From contig NC_043024.1 in the NCBI RefSeq assembly GCF_006345805.1, positions 12,772,001 to 12,836,000 on the forward strand: a stretch of 64,000 nucleotides of DNA, in the 5' to 3' direction. The translations under genes were made by a program, and so were the position numbers. Positions 13,283-26,420 of the stretch are shown piece after piece. The DNA comes from Octopus sinensis. Its lineage: Eukaryota. Each line of letters begins with the position of its first letter. The first letter of the stretch is position 1. The notes below the pieces were generated by a model. The model did not search any database and was not told the DNA's origin. It saw only the letters and a list, made by a program, of their open reading frames with translations.

Positions 13283-14559
13283 ATATATGCATGTGTGTAT
13301 ATATATATATACACACACATACAGATTGAGAGAGAGGGAGAGAGGCGGGGAAGAGAAAATGGAGAAATAATGGGTTGTGTACAATTATTTACTTGTAAGT
13401 TTATAGCTGTTACAGACATGCTTTTGGGTTGGTTCAGGTTGCATTTCAATTGATTGATTTATCGACCGCGCATACAGGGAGGGAGCCGCCCCGCTAAGAT
13501 ATCTTCCTCAGAATCGAAACAAACCAACTGCCACCAGAAAAAAGAAGGAAGGAAAGGATTTTGTTCAATTTAGCATTATTAGTGAATGAAGTCATCTAAT
13601 TTGAATCCGCCGTCTGAAGCCATTGTTGGGGCTCGCACTCCAGGGGCCAATGGTATTGTTATCCATTAAAGACGTCTGATACCCTAACAATCTCGTTATG
13701 ATCAGTGGCAAATGGCTGGCGATCAGTATTGTATCTCGAAAGAAAAAAAAAAAGATTGTCTAGGGAAGTATGTATAAAAATACAAAACAGTTGGCAGCTA
13801 GCAGACTATTAATTATTGAAAACGAAAGTAACAAAATCTATTTATTATGAATTATGGTAGACATAATCAGTTTACAATAAAGGTTAAAAACTGGTAAACG
13901 AAGAGAATGATAAATTGTGACTGGTAAAGTAGCAAGAAGACGAAGATCAAAATATATAATTCTAAAATATAAAACTAAGGAATGAATGGTGAAGAATCGA
14001 TAGGAAGGCTGGGGTTTAATTCTTAAAGGAGTTCGTAGAGGAAATAACACAGGAATCAAAAGAAGAATATGGAAACAAAATACAAACGAAAACAAGTGGA
14101 AATAAATGGAGAGATGTATGGGACAAATAAAATGGATACGTTCTTGTCGTAATAAATAGGGAAAAGTGAAAAGGGAATGAAAGATTTTATAATCAAACGA
14201 TTAAGAAATTTGACAACATGTAGTTTAAATGTTTTATTAAGTTTAAACTATTGAACCAGAAAGGAATACGGTAGTTGGCATATCCAGGAGTTTAAAGGGA
14301 TCGTTTGTTCATGGAATGATTGAGAGGTTTTCTTTAAATAATGCTTACGTCACACAGCTAGTTCATGGTTTTTATTTATATGTAGGTATATGTTTATATA
14401 TATATATATATATATATGCATATACGTACATACAAACATACATACATACACACATCCACACACACATATATATATATATGTATATGTTTATAAGTATATA
14501 TATACATGGCTATATGTGTGTGTGTGTATGTATATATATATGTATATATATATGTGTGT

Positions 14560-15260
14560 ATGTAAGAAAATCGGCAACGATACACACGCGGTTACACACT
14601 GAAATGACCGGAAGGGAATGGGTAAGGAAAAAGATCTTTATTAGTGGCGACAAAAAAAAAAAAGAGAAGGAGAAAGGGGAGGGAAGTGGAAGTAGAACAG
14701 AAGATGGGTAGGAGGGGAACGGGGTAAAGTGGAAGAGTCACGGACAAGTTGTAATGATTTCCAGTCAAGGTGTAGAGTGGCGTAATCCGAATGAGCAGAA
14801 ACAGTAATTCGGAGGTACAAGAATTCCAGGAATTAGGTACTGCGAAGTCAGTCAGAAGGCCGAGGTCCGTGTGAGCGTGCGGTATATAGTCAATAAGGCG
14901 GTGAGCTGGCAAAAGCGTTAGCACGCCAGGCGAAATGCTCAGCGGTATTTCGTCTGCCGCTACGTTCTGAGTTCAAATTCCGCCGAGGTCGACTTTGCCT
15001 TTCATCCTTTCGGGGTCGATTAAATAAGTACCAGTTACGCACTGGGGTCGATATAATCGATTTAATACCTATGTCTGTCCTTCTTTGTCCCCTCTATGTT
15101 TAGCCCCTTGTGGGTAATAAAGAAATAGGTATATAGTCAATCTAAACAAGAACAATCAAGAAAAAATAGCAAGGCGAGGACGTGGTACAAGTATTGTGTT
15201 ATTGGACGCTCAGGAAAGGAAAGAGAAGAAAGGATTTCACGTTCGAGCCGAGCTCTTCGC
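14560..15260 (-). mobile_element. Penelope-like non-coding unit (family P-b) interrupted by a SINE
   Basis: 14563-14595 and 15142-15260 match the two ends of the repeat at 54545-54750; truncated hammerhead-like motif at 15235-15260. Confidence 0.55.
14895..15127 (+). mobile_element. Young full-length SINE family B with 14-bp TSD
   Basis: aaggcggtgagctggc...gagttcaaattcc...gggtaataaagaaata flanked by ggtatatagtcaat (14881-14894 and 15128-15141). The central domain resembles the Meta/Sauria-type SINE domain (from memory). Confidence 0.95.
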
Positions 15261-15744
15261 ACACACACACACACCATAAAAACAGAGGAATGGGTTATCT
15301 GGTACTGCTACAATCGTATCAGTCTGATTCTTTATTGTCACGTGAGCTCAGCAGAGTCAGGAATTCCTCCATTCATGTAGTATGCACAACATGGTTAACA
15401 CCATGTAATGTTATGCAACTCACCACTCACCACTCATTAGTCATATCAGCCGTGCAGGCGAGGAGTTACATGTTAATTAATGAAGAGATCATCAACGGAT
15501 GACTTCGTCGACGATGCATTATGTGTTACGATACCGGATTGCTTAACTATTTGCATGATTCTCTCTTAACAATCAATATTCGTACAACATTTTTCTCAGA
15601 TATCCAAATGTAGCGGTGGCACAGTGTATATATTTTGTGCCGCCCACTTTGGGGAGCAAATGAACCACAAGGAAACGCGTCTGCTACGGTAAACAAATAC
15701 ATCGGTAACAACAACTGTAATTACTACGATTGCCACAAACCATC

Positions 15745-16205
15745 AACTGCAGCAGCAGCAGCAGCAGCAGCAGCACCACCACCACCACCACCACCACCGT
15801 CACCACCACAACTACCACCGTCACCACCACAACTACCACCACTACCACCACCGTCACAACTACCACCACCACCACCACCACCACCGTCACCACCACCACC
15901 ACCGTCACCACCACCACCACCACCACTACCACCACCACTACCACCACCGCCACCACCACCACCACTACTACCACCACCACCACCACTGATCGCTTCTGCT
16001 TTTCCCTCTTTCTCTTCATCATTAACATCATCTGCAACATCAACACAAGCAACATTTGCATAAAGTCTGCTGTTATCATCATCATCATCATCACCACTAT
16101 CATTATCCTCACCACCACCACCATACCACCTCCACCACCACCGCCGCCACCACCATACCACCTCCACCACCACCGCCGCCACCACTAACTACAACAACAG
16201 CAAAT
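15745..16205. repeat. Compound (CAG)n-(CAC/CAA)n-(CAT)n trinucleotide tract
   Basis: Direct inspection; yields poly-P, poly-T, poly-V and poly-G ORFs in several frames on both strands. Confidence 0.95.
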
Positions 16206-17189
16206 TCTGATGTTTCCTCATCAAAACACCATCGTTTTTCCCCTAATTAATCAAACATCGACTTTCATCGTAATTGTATTTCAACTGGAGGTTGTAATTA
16301 GTGGAGCCAACAACAACAACATCAATAATCACAAGGACGACAACAACAATATTTCAAGAGAAAAGAAGAAAAAAAACAAAAACAAACAAATGATAAACAG
16401 CAACAAAAGTTCTCAGAAATATTATTTTTTTTTTAATTTTTAAATTGCATTTGTGATGGAGAAAATATTCTTAGCAACGTATAACCAGCAGCGGCATCGC
16501 ACCGCCGCCACAATAAGCCCCTTGTGCCTCCACTTCAACTCATCCTCGCAACCAATACAATTACAGCTAACCAACATTATAACAATATATGTACTCTATT
16601 ACGATCATCATTAAACGTCACCATCATTACTATAATAGCAACAACAACAACAACTACAACTACGATAATTTCTTTTTTTATTTTATTTAATTTTGTAATG
16701 ATTTCAGAGAAATGCGGAAATGGCGGAAGCGTTGGAACGAAGAACAAACGCTTGGCGTAATTGTGTTCTGCGTTCTGAATGGTTCGCGTTCTAAGTTCAC
16801 ATCCTGTTGTAATCGATTTTACCTTTCGCCCTTCAGGAATCAATGAAATAAAGTACCAGTTACATACTACGTACTCTCTCCCCTCCTCTCTCTCTCTCTC
16901 TCTCTCAGCATAGTCTGATCCTTGTATCATTGTTATCATTCGTGAAGCCCGAGTAAAGAGAAGGAAGTTGAGCTAAAAGAAACAGGGGCCTCGTCTCATA
17001 AAACCTACGAAAACCGTCCAAAGAAACCCGGAGGAAAGTCATGGTATCTGAAAGGCAGATCCAACAGACGAAGACAAAGGAGTGAGTGGCATCACACGGG
17101 CTAGATTAGGGGCTGAAGATTACAATAACCAACTTTTAGGTCGAACCAAAGAATCTGTTTCCTTTACTAATGCTTTTTGTTGCTCGTGG

Positions 17190-17525
17190 GTTTTGAACAC
17201 AGAACACGAAGAACAGGGACAGATGGTGCAAGCCACCGAAGTCGACTCTGCCTTTCATCCTTTCGGGGTCGATTAAATAAGTACCAGTTACGCACTAGGG
17301 TCGATATAATCGACTTAATCCGTTTGTCTGTCCTTGTTTGTCCTCTCTGTGTTTAACCCCTTGTGGGTAGTAAAGAAATAGGCATTTCGTCCGTCTTTAC
17401 GCCCAGTGTTCAAATTCCAGCACGGTCGACTTTGCTTTTCATTACTTCGAGAAATATCAAATGAGTTCAAGTCAAGCACTAGGGTCGATGTAATCGATTA
17501 GGCACTCACCTCAAAATTTCAAACC
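17190..17525 (+). mobile_element. 5'-truncated young SINE B (17232-17379) adjacent to older B fragments
   Basis: gtcgactctgcctttcatcctttcggggtcgat...gtagtaaagaaata followed by a second degenerate body. Confidence 0.8.
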
Positions 17526-18544
17526 TAGTATCTATATTAGATAGGATTATCAGAAATAATCTTATGTTAATTAGTATAAATCATACTAATCTTATTTTAA
17601 TCTCTATAAATTTCTATAATCTTACTTTAATCTCTGTAAATTACAATAATCTTAAAATAAACTCTACCATCACCATAATTGCATTTTAATCCCTAGAAAC
17701 ACAGTGACCTCTCCCTCCGCCAACACTACAACAATGGTGTCACCGGGTTTTGGCGCAAGGAATGTCTATGTGGCTTTAACGGCACCAAGGGAAAGTGTCT
17801 CCAACGAGAGCTAGAGAATTGTCAGAACATTGTTAGTAAAAGGTAGCAGACAAAATCAATGTGGAAGGCCATTTAAAGAGTTTGGTGTTTCGTCTTATAT
17901 CGACCCCCATTCAAATTACACTATTTCATTCAAAACCCAATTGAGACATACGCAAGCCGGTCTACGGTTCTTGTTTCTTTTTGTTTTAATGACAGACGTA
18001 AACCTGATGCGATCGATATAAGTCATAACTCACAGCTATTTAGTTCAGAAGACTCCATCTGTTGCAAGTTTCCAGCCAGGATTTCGATATAAGAATAACA
18101 TACTCCATCCATCACACATAAAATACTATGGAAGCCTTCCTCTAAACTACCACCACCACCACCGACCAATAATGAGCCCTCTGCGTAGTCACTTGATCTG
18201 CTTGAAATAACAGCCTAAAACTTGTAAATCTCATCTTAATCTCTTAGAAAAGAAATACGCAAAAGATAAATTATTCATGGGTGATACTTGCTTAGATATA
18301 GATGGGATAGTCAAGGCTGGAACACTTCGGAATGTAGCGACATGGGATTAAATAAGAACGAGAATAACTCCAATGTTTTCCGGCATCCCGTGAAAAGCGC
18401 ATATTCCCAAAACTTATCCAACTCTCTTTAGAAGAAGACAAACATTGCATAATGTATTACGAGATACAACCGTAGACATTTTTTTCTTGATTAGTTAGAA
18501 AAAAAGAGAGAAGGAAACTTCCAATGTTCTTTAATATTTTGCAG

Positions 18545-18679
18545 GGTCTCTCGAATCGGAGACCTGGCTTGGAGTGCTTGCAACAGAATGAACACCCCTG
18601 GAAGGTCCTTAAGGACCATGTGCTGAGAGTTTGGGGCCAACACACAGTAGTTAGGAACACACTGAGTCCCAACAAACAC
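18545..18679 (+). CDS. Candidate phase-0/0 exon: GLSNRRPGLECLQQNEHPWKVLKDHVLRVWGQHTVVRNTLSPNKH
   Basis: Acceptor ttctttaatattttgcag, donor GTAAGA at 18680, 135 nt, only frame 0 open on +. No homologue recognised; could be chance. Confidence 0.25.
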
Positions 18680-19280
18680 GTAAGAATCTCTTGGTTCATT
18701 CTCTAACAGACACCAACCCATCTTGGAGCGTTAATTTCTTATATCAACCAAGAAAAATGAAAAGCCAATATTCACCTCGGCCAGGTTGAAGGCAAGAATA
18801 CAGAAAGGTATTTGGTGTTACACTCTAAAAACTGAATTATTTCATTGAAAATATGACAGGACTGTCACGCCTGGAACATCAATGATAAATCATCTCATTC
18901 AGAGCTGAGATTAGGCTAATCCATAACAAAAAAACATTTTGAGGGAAGGGTTGAGGAGGGCTTAGTATGTGAACGTGCGAAGCAGTAGATTATCTCAGCC
19001 GGGTTCCCTCAAATTACAGCATCGCCTTTTTAAAAGGATCGAAACGGAGTAATGTAGTCGTATATATATGCAATAAAGGTGATCTAGTCATGGATGGAAT
19101 AGCCGTGATCATAAATTCACGCAATCAGAGATGATCCAGGATTAAATAACAACAATAACGAACCTCTAGCAGTCGATTGACCTGCTAGAAATAACAGCAA
19201 TACTTTCGAGAGACACACTTGATAAACCACAAGCACAGATCTTGCAATTTTTTCTTGTCTTTTCTTTTACCATTTTTCAG

Positions 19281-19334
19281 ATGAACCAGAAGAAAATCAA
19301 CTCTTTGCATGCTTCTCTGAGCGCATCATTGCAA
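19281..19334 (+). CDS. Candidate 54-nt exon (MNQKKINSLHASLSASLQ in phase 0, or DEPEENQLFACFSERIIA in phase 1)
   Basis: Very strong acceptor tttttcttgtcttttcttttaccatttttcag; donor GTGAGG; length divisible by 3. Confidence 0.35.
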
Positions 19335-20104
19335 GTGAGGTTTCTAGTTTTTATAATCTTTGCTAAATGTAGAGATTAATCATTCCATTAGTGTTCGATG
19401 GCGTGATTGTTGGTTTAGCGAGAAAGGAAGGAGACTGATTTCTTCATTCCGTCTTAGGTTGAACAAGTATTGCCAGCTGAAAATGTAGTCATTTGAAAGA
19501 CGTTCTACAGAGAGATATCAAATTGTTATAGAAAGTATTTTGGGGGTAATCGTTCCGAGTTCAAATCTTATCGTTGTAAGCTTAATATGTCGACCTCTAT
19601 TTCTTTACTACCCAGAAGGGGGCAAATATGTCGACCCCTAAGTCTCAGTCAAGTAAAGAGGCAGATTTCCGGTTATTCTATTTCTTTCTAATCTCTCATT
19701 ATCGGTTACCGTGCATTCTGAGGCAGACCTGGGGACAGCTAACATTGTCTCTCGCCTCCAAGAAATAAAAGGAATATGGACGAAAGGCCAGCGGTAATCA
19801 CTTCTCGTTTAGCATGCTTCAAAGAAACACCCACAAGGAATCGGAAACGGCGCATGTAAATGGAGATGACTTCTGAACGGGTCCCAGTGAATAATTGTTC
19901 ATCGCATTTTATAGTTCGGAACAATTTAATTCTTTTGTCTTGGTGTCAAGCAAAACAGAAAAAGAAATCTGCTTTTAAAACTATGGCAACAAGATTAATC
20001 TACAGAGGATTCGTAAAAAAACTGTCACCGGGGAAAAGAGATTCATTGGTTCTTTATTTAGAAAACAGGTGGCGCTGTTCGTCTGTTTAAATAATGGTTT
20101 CAAA

Positions 20105-20545
20105 TATTTTAACAAGATAAGCAATTTCGGAGAAGGGTTAAGTCGACTTCAGTGTTCAGTTGGTACTTATTTTATCAAGGCGGCGAGCTGGCAGAGACGT
20201 TAGCACGCCGGACGAAATGCTTTGTGATATTTCGTCAGCCGCTGCTTTCTGAGTTCAAATTCCGCCGAGGTCGGCTTTGCCTTTCATCCTTTCGGGGTCG
20301 ATTAAATAAGCACCAGTTACGCACTGGGGTCGATGTAATCGAATTAATCCGTTTGTCTATCCTTGCTTGTCCCCTCTGTGTTTAGCCCCTTGTGGGTAGT
20401 AAAGAAATAGGTACTAATTTTATCGACTCCGAAAGGAATGAAAGGCAAAGTGGACCTCGGCGGAATTTGAACTCAGAACGTAAAGGCGGACGAAATGCTA
20501 AGCATTTCGTCCGGCGAGCTAACAATTCTGCCAGCTAGCTGCCTC
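20105..20545. mobile_element. Young SINE B (+, 20177-20409) nested in an older minus-strand SINE B
   Basis: 15-bp TSD ggtact(t/a)attttatc at 20162-20176 and 20410-20424; the flanks rejoin into one antisense family B copy. Confidence 0.9.
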
Positions 20546-21957
20546 GTTTGTTTAAAATAATAATACAAAGGTGTTTGTTTACCATCATTGGCATCAACAC
20601 CAAGACTAAACACAAGAATGTAATTAACATGTAACCAATTAGTAAGTAATTAGGAGCAAAATATCGGATGGCTTTGGATGAAATAGTTGGTTTAAGCAAC
20701 AAACATCATAAGTTGGCCCAGTAGATATGGTGACCTGGGATCGTAATCAAGGGATATCGCGTTCGATTTCTATACTTAGTATCTCGGGCATGTTTTTCTT
20801 ATATCGCAGCCTCCAATCAAGGCAAGCCTTATGAATAAGGATACCCCACGACGTGTGAAATGTATCTGCATTTTAAAAATTCATCTTTGTCATATGTGTT
20901 GTGCCTAAGATTATACCAAGGGTACTCTCGTTTCTATAGAATATGCAACCAGTTATAAATTAATACAAGGAATTCGTTGATCAAACAACTGAACACTCAA
21001 CACAGACTTTGGCAGATTCTTTAAAGATATCCTTGTTCATTGGTTTCTCGCCTTGTTACAACGAACTTTCTTTGAAGAATTATTAATATTATGAAATGGA
21101 TAATTTAGTTTTACAACGGGGTCGAAATGTGAGAGTAATTGAAAGTGTAAGAATAATCTGACCATATATTTAGAGGGTAAAAAATATTTGATTATTTGAG
21201 ATGTGTTTTAAGCAGTCGAAGTAGCTACAGAAGAGTTTTAAGATTTGATTCGGGCAAAATAGGTTCGGAATAACAATGGATTGTCATGACGGATATCTTC
21301 GAGAATAATCTTGGGATAAGCAACAGCAACAACAACAACAACAACAAAGACAGGAAAATTATGTTTTGAAAAGGAAAAAAAAAAGACGAGATGGCTACAG
21401 TTGGCGCGTCTTTCGACAGAGATGAATCGATCAGGAACCGAACAGGGCTTAAACGGTAGCAAGGCCAGAATAACAACTAAAACAACAAACATTGCAGCAA
21501 AACCTCATAACCAACACGGCTATTTGAACTCAGAACGTAAAGAGACGCAATAAAATGCCGATTCTGTCAGTTTAGTCCTCATAATGATTTCTAGATTTGA
21601 CGCAAGGGGGCGGAGAGTGGCTGCCGCTGGGATTTGAAATCACAACCATAAAACAAAAATTAATTAAGCACCGGGAAACTCTTTCTTCCGTCCCCACTAC
21701 AAAGCCACCGCTTTTCTCTATACAAAGGAGGATTTCTTACACTGGTGGAACAAGGCCAGAAAATGATATCAGTGGCTGATCAATTATATCGATCACTAGA
21801 TGACACGCACTTTGTATCAGACCCAGAATGCTGCTAACTATATTTGATCTCGAGAGTATTTCAACTTGGAATGTAAAAGTGCAGTGTGACGTCATTGCGA
21901 TTATGATAATTAGCCTCTGTCTTTATCAATATCAATTCATTTTTAATAAACGACAAC

Positions 21958-22358
21958 GAGGCATGCCTGGCTGTGTGGTTAAGAAGCACGTTTGGCAATC
22001 ACATGGCTTCGGGTTCAGTCCCACCGCATAGTATAATGGGCAGGTGTCTTTTACTATAGTCCCCGGAGGGTCAATGGCTTATGAGTGAATTTGATCGACG
22101 GAAACTGTGTGGAAGCCCAACGTATATATGCATGTATTTGTTTGTGTATCTTTGCGCTTATGTTTGTCCATCCAGACCACGTGACAACCTGTGTTGGGTT
22201 TTTTACATCCCTGTAAGTAAACGGCGACGCAAAACAGTGCCTATAGAATAAGTACTACATCTAAATCATAAGTACTGGGGTCGATTTGTATGACTAAAAC
22301 CTCTCAAAGAGGGGACCCAGCATGGAAGCATTCCAATGACAGAAACAATTAATAGATT
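21958..22358 (+). mobile_element. Older SINE family A copy
   Basis: tggctgtgtggttaag...gggttcagtccc head, acggaaactgtgtggaagccc, tail ccagcatgg...gaaacaa. Confidence 0.8.
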
Positions 22359-22431
22359 AAAAGAAGGCCAGATATATGCAGAGAGGGAATAATTCTTAAC
22401 TTCGACACCATTATTTCGTAGGTACGATATA

Positions 22432-23709
22432 TTGGGTTGGCAAGAAAGTAATCTCGGTTTTTTAAATGTGAAATAAAAGTCATTTTTTTCCATACAATGA
22501 ATGAACTTTAATCAATTATATATTTTCTATTTTGTTCGACGACCTTTTACTATCGTTCTGCCAACTTTACGATTCCGCGCTCATTGATCTTCTGGTCCTT
22601 ATCAGCCAAAAACAGAATCAACTGCGATTTCAGGCCATCTTCATTATTGGAAGTTTTACCATTCAAAGAATTTTGCAAACTTCGAAATAAATGGCCAGCT
22701 GATGGTGCAAGGTCAGGGCTATGTGACTTTGATTACTTCCGAACTAAACTCCAATAATTTTTCACAAGTTAGCAAAGACGTGTTCTAGCGTTGTCCTGGT
22801 GGAACATGATTCCTTTACGATTTGCCAATTCTCGCTGTTTTTCTTTGATTGCTTCTTTCAGTTTCATTAGTTGTTGACAGTAAACATCTGAATTGAATTT
22901 TTGGTTCCTTGGAAGCAGCTCAAAATACACAACATCTTTGTAATCCTCTCAAATTGACAGCATGACATTTTGTTGATGCAATTCAGATTTCGATGTCGTT
23001 TGTGTTAGTTCATTACGCTTGGACCATGATCGTTTTCGATTGTTGTTATAGCAGACAATGCATTTTTCATCACCAGTGATGATTCGTTTCAAAAAAGGTC
23101 GATTTCATTGCATTTGAGACGCATATCGCAAATACTGATTTGTTGTGTTAATTGGATCTCATTCAATTTATGTGGAACTCAAAAATATTGAGCTTCATAA
23201 CGATTCCAAGACATTTTAAGTGATTTTCAACTGTTGTGTGTGATACATTTAACCTCTGTGCAATCTCTCGCACAGTTATATGACAATCAGAATTAACCAT
23301 GGCTTTGATTCCGTCATCATCAACTTCAATAGGTCGACCAGAACGTTGGTCATCGTTGAGTGAAAAATCTCCAGAACGGAATTTTTTAAGCCATTTCTGA
23401 CACGTGAGTTCTGTTAAGCAATCAACACCATAAACTTCACATAACTCTTTGTGAGCATCTGCAGCTTTCTTGCCTTTACGGGAAATAAAGGAAAATATGA
23501 CGAAAATGTTCGTTTCTGCACTCCATGTTAAAATTGACACTGAACTAACAGCTGTAAACAAAATTACGCGCAAATTGCTTCTAAAGCAAACTAAATGTAA
23601 CGGCTATCAAATGTGAAAAAGAAGAAAACTATCATAACATTGACAAAAGTCATTCAAAAAAATTATAACTATTTGCAAAAAATTAAATTACTTTCTTGGA
23701 ATGCCAACA
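22432..23709 (-). mobile_element. Full-length decayed mariner DNA transposon (transposase pseudogene)
   Basis: TIR-like ends ttgggttggcaagaaagtaat / attactttcttggaatgccaac with flanking TA. Minus strand gives the HTH region (KFRSGDFSL..RSGRP..ITVREIA..LNVSHTTV), *VPHKL, IITGDEKC, FHQDNAR and HSPDLAPS, with stops and frameshifts. Confidence 0.93.
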
Positions 23710-24311
23710 TAGCACAGACCCCAGAAAAATAAACTGCTGAATCAACCTCAGAAAAATTTGAACTCGGAATCTCCGGCTAAGTACCACCACGGGTCATTTT
23801 CACAGCCACTCTAACAATTTGGCAACAGCGCCTCATTTCTGTATAGAAGTAATATTGATTGAATCAAGATTTATGGGGGAAAATAGAGAGACAATGGAAT
23901 TTATCACATTCATATATATATGTACGAATGTACCTACGTATGGATGGATGTGTTTGTGTGTGTGTCGGTGTCTAGACTATAGTTAAACAATTTATTTGAA
24001 TTAAAAATACATAAAAATATCAATGTGTATATTTATTATTTGGTTTACAACAACAACAACAGCAACAGCAACCACCAACGAGAACTAAAAATTACGCAAG
24101 GAAAATAAAACAATATTTTAGTACTTTCTTACTTTTGCTGGTTATACACATACATGCACACACACACATATGTATACATACACACACACAAACACACGTA
24201 TTTATATGCTTATTCATATATGTATATACACATATATATTACAGAAATATAGCAACATGACATTATTAGCAGACACATGCTCATACACATATATATGCGT
24301 ATGGAAGTATA

Positions 24312-24374
<63 letters not shown>

Positions 24375-24424
24375 GCGTGTGTGTTTGTAATGTATGTATA
24401 TATATATCCTTTTTTTCTACTATA

Positions 24425-24680
24425 GGTACCAGGCCCGAAAATTTTGGGGAAGATGCAAGTCGATCAAATCGACGCCCAGTACACAAATGGTACTTAATTT
24501 ATCGACCGCGAAGGGACGAAAGGCAAAGTCGACCTCAGAACGCAAGATAGAGTTCAAATTCCGCCGAGGTCGACTTTGTCTTTCATCCCTTCGGGTTCTA
24601 TAAATTCAGTACCAATGGAACACACTGGGTCGATCTAGTCGACTGGCCTCTCCCCCCCAAAATTTCGGGCTTTGTGCCTA
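24425..24680. mobile_element. Head-to-head inverted pair of SINE B copies
   Basis: Minus copy 24425-24545 and plus copy 24550-24680; 24509-24536 pairs with 24566-24593. Confidence 0.8.
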
Positions 24681-25734
24681 GAGTAGACAAGAATATATAT
24701 ACATATATTGCATATGAAATAAGTACAATATATAAATGTGCAAGTGTGAATTCGTATATGAAGCGAGAGACAAGAAAACAGATGGTAAAACGCCAGAGGG
24801 GGGGAATTGAAGGAAATCAGGTGGACGCTGATGAACAGATTAACGACCATTAGAGTGCCTTCAGGAATTACCATCTTGTCATGCTGGCATACTCAGGATA
24901 CCACTCTTCTGCTTCTCTACCCCTGTTTTCCGTTTTTAACAACATTGTACATTCTGTTTTCAATGTGCAGTTGTTAGAAACACAAATTCATGTCCGCAGA
25001 ATAAATAAATATATATTCAAGCGTCTAACCAGTATATATTATATAGGACCTCGGCAAATGTACCGTTTTTATTTCAGTATACAAATGTATTAAGTTTCAA
25101 TGTATTTTCATATCCATTGAGCTTTCTCTTCAAACGTTTTACACAAACGAATATTTCGGTTATCCTCGCAAAATAGCAATTTCATGTTCTACGCACGCAC
25201 ACACATTCACAAAAACATATACAAATACACACGTATATATCTGTGTCGGGGGTGACTGGGGGACAGAGAGACAAGTACAGAGAAAACCAGAAGGCCAGGA
25301 GGGTGTAAGACATGGAAAGAGATGGGAGGGGGTGGCAGAAAAGATTTAGAATCGTTAAACAAAATATATTGTCTTTATTCCTCTTCCGTTGTATTTAATG
25401 TCTATTTCTTTGTGTTGCGGTGGAAAAAATTACTATGTTGGGAATTTATTCTAGGACAACTAATTACAGTTCAATGGATGAACTGTAATTTCCTTCATAC
25501 ACACATATATATACATATCTAACTGTCTGTCTAGTTCACTTTACGTGTATACACGTATATATGTGTAGCGCGACTGTAGATATGTATTTACACTCACAAA
25601 CACGTCCGTCCGTCCGTCCGTCCGTCCGTCCGTCTATCTATCTATCTATCTGTGTGTGTGTGTGTGTATGTGTGTTTGTGTAGGGAGAGAGAAAAGAGTG
25701 ATGGGGAGCTAGAAAGACGGGTATATTTACTGCA

Positions 25735-26065
25735 TATGTGGGACATTCTGTCTGTGGGGTGTGTTTGGGGAGTTGTTAGCTAACTCCTCCTACATTGTTT
25801 TATCGATTTTGATGAAACTTGACACGTGAGTAAAACTCATGTCTGGAAACCTCATGGCATACTCAGATTGCTGAAAAAATGATAATGGGACACGTGGAAG
25901 TGATCCTTATATATATCTGATACATTTCATTTTAAAAACTAAAGGGAATAACCCATTCGCCCCTGGAAGAGATCCTTATATTTAGCCAAGGGAAATAAAC
26001 CATTCGTTTTCCTAAATTATTTGGTAAAAAGGAAATTGAGTATGCTTACTTCTTAGTATTTGAAC
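25735..26065 (+). mobile_element. Possible Helentron/DINE-1-like (HINE) non-autonomous element
   Basis: tgtctgt...aactcctcctacattgttttatcgattttgatgaaacttgacac and end gagtatgcttacttcttagt resemble HINE architecture; by pattern only. Confidence 0.4.
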
Positions 26066-26213
26066 TGTTAGAGTTATTTTCAAAATTTATCCAGAACATC
26101 AAATAAACAAGTAAATAATATTTTCCTAAACAACAGATCCACTTATTTCGGTTACTGACTTGTTTACAGCTATTGTTGTCGTTGTTCTTATTATTGTCCT
26201 TGTTTTTAAAGTG

Positions 26214-26420
26214 AAGACCTGTGGCCTAATGGCTAGAGTGTTACACTCACGGTAGCAGGATCGGAGTTTCAATTCTCGGACTGGTCGTCGTGTTGTGTTC
26301 TTGAGCAAGAGACTTCATTTTCACTTTGCTCCTGTTGACTCAACTATAAACGAATAACACTATGACGTGTTGACATCACATTGAAGGGGAACGTTGTGAT
26401 CTTGGTCCCTTACACGACAT
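26214..26420 (+). mobile_element. tRNA-derived SINE family D
   Basis: tggcctaatggctagag A box, gagtttcaattc B-box-like, then gtgttcttgagcaagagacttcatttt. Confidence 0.7.

Noticed and set aside
6165-15515. Shared 14-mer cttcgtcgacgatg at ~6166 and ~15502
   Set aside because: Two occurrences only; plausibly decayed SINE B gtcga...tcgac palindromes.
15635-16250. Poly-Pro, poly-Thr, poly-Val and poly-Gly ORFs
   Set aside because: Open in several frames on both strands because of the trinucleotide repeat; no splice signals or domain.
17996-18090. Strong acceptor at 17995 followed by RKPDAIDISHNSQ...ISI*
   Set aside because: No donor, no recognisable homology, and phase-incompatible with the 4414 donor.
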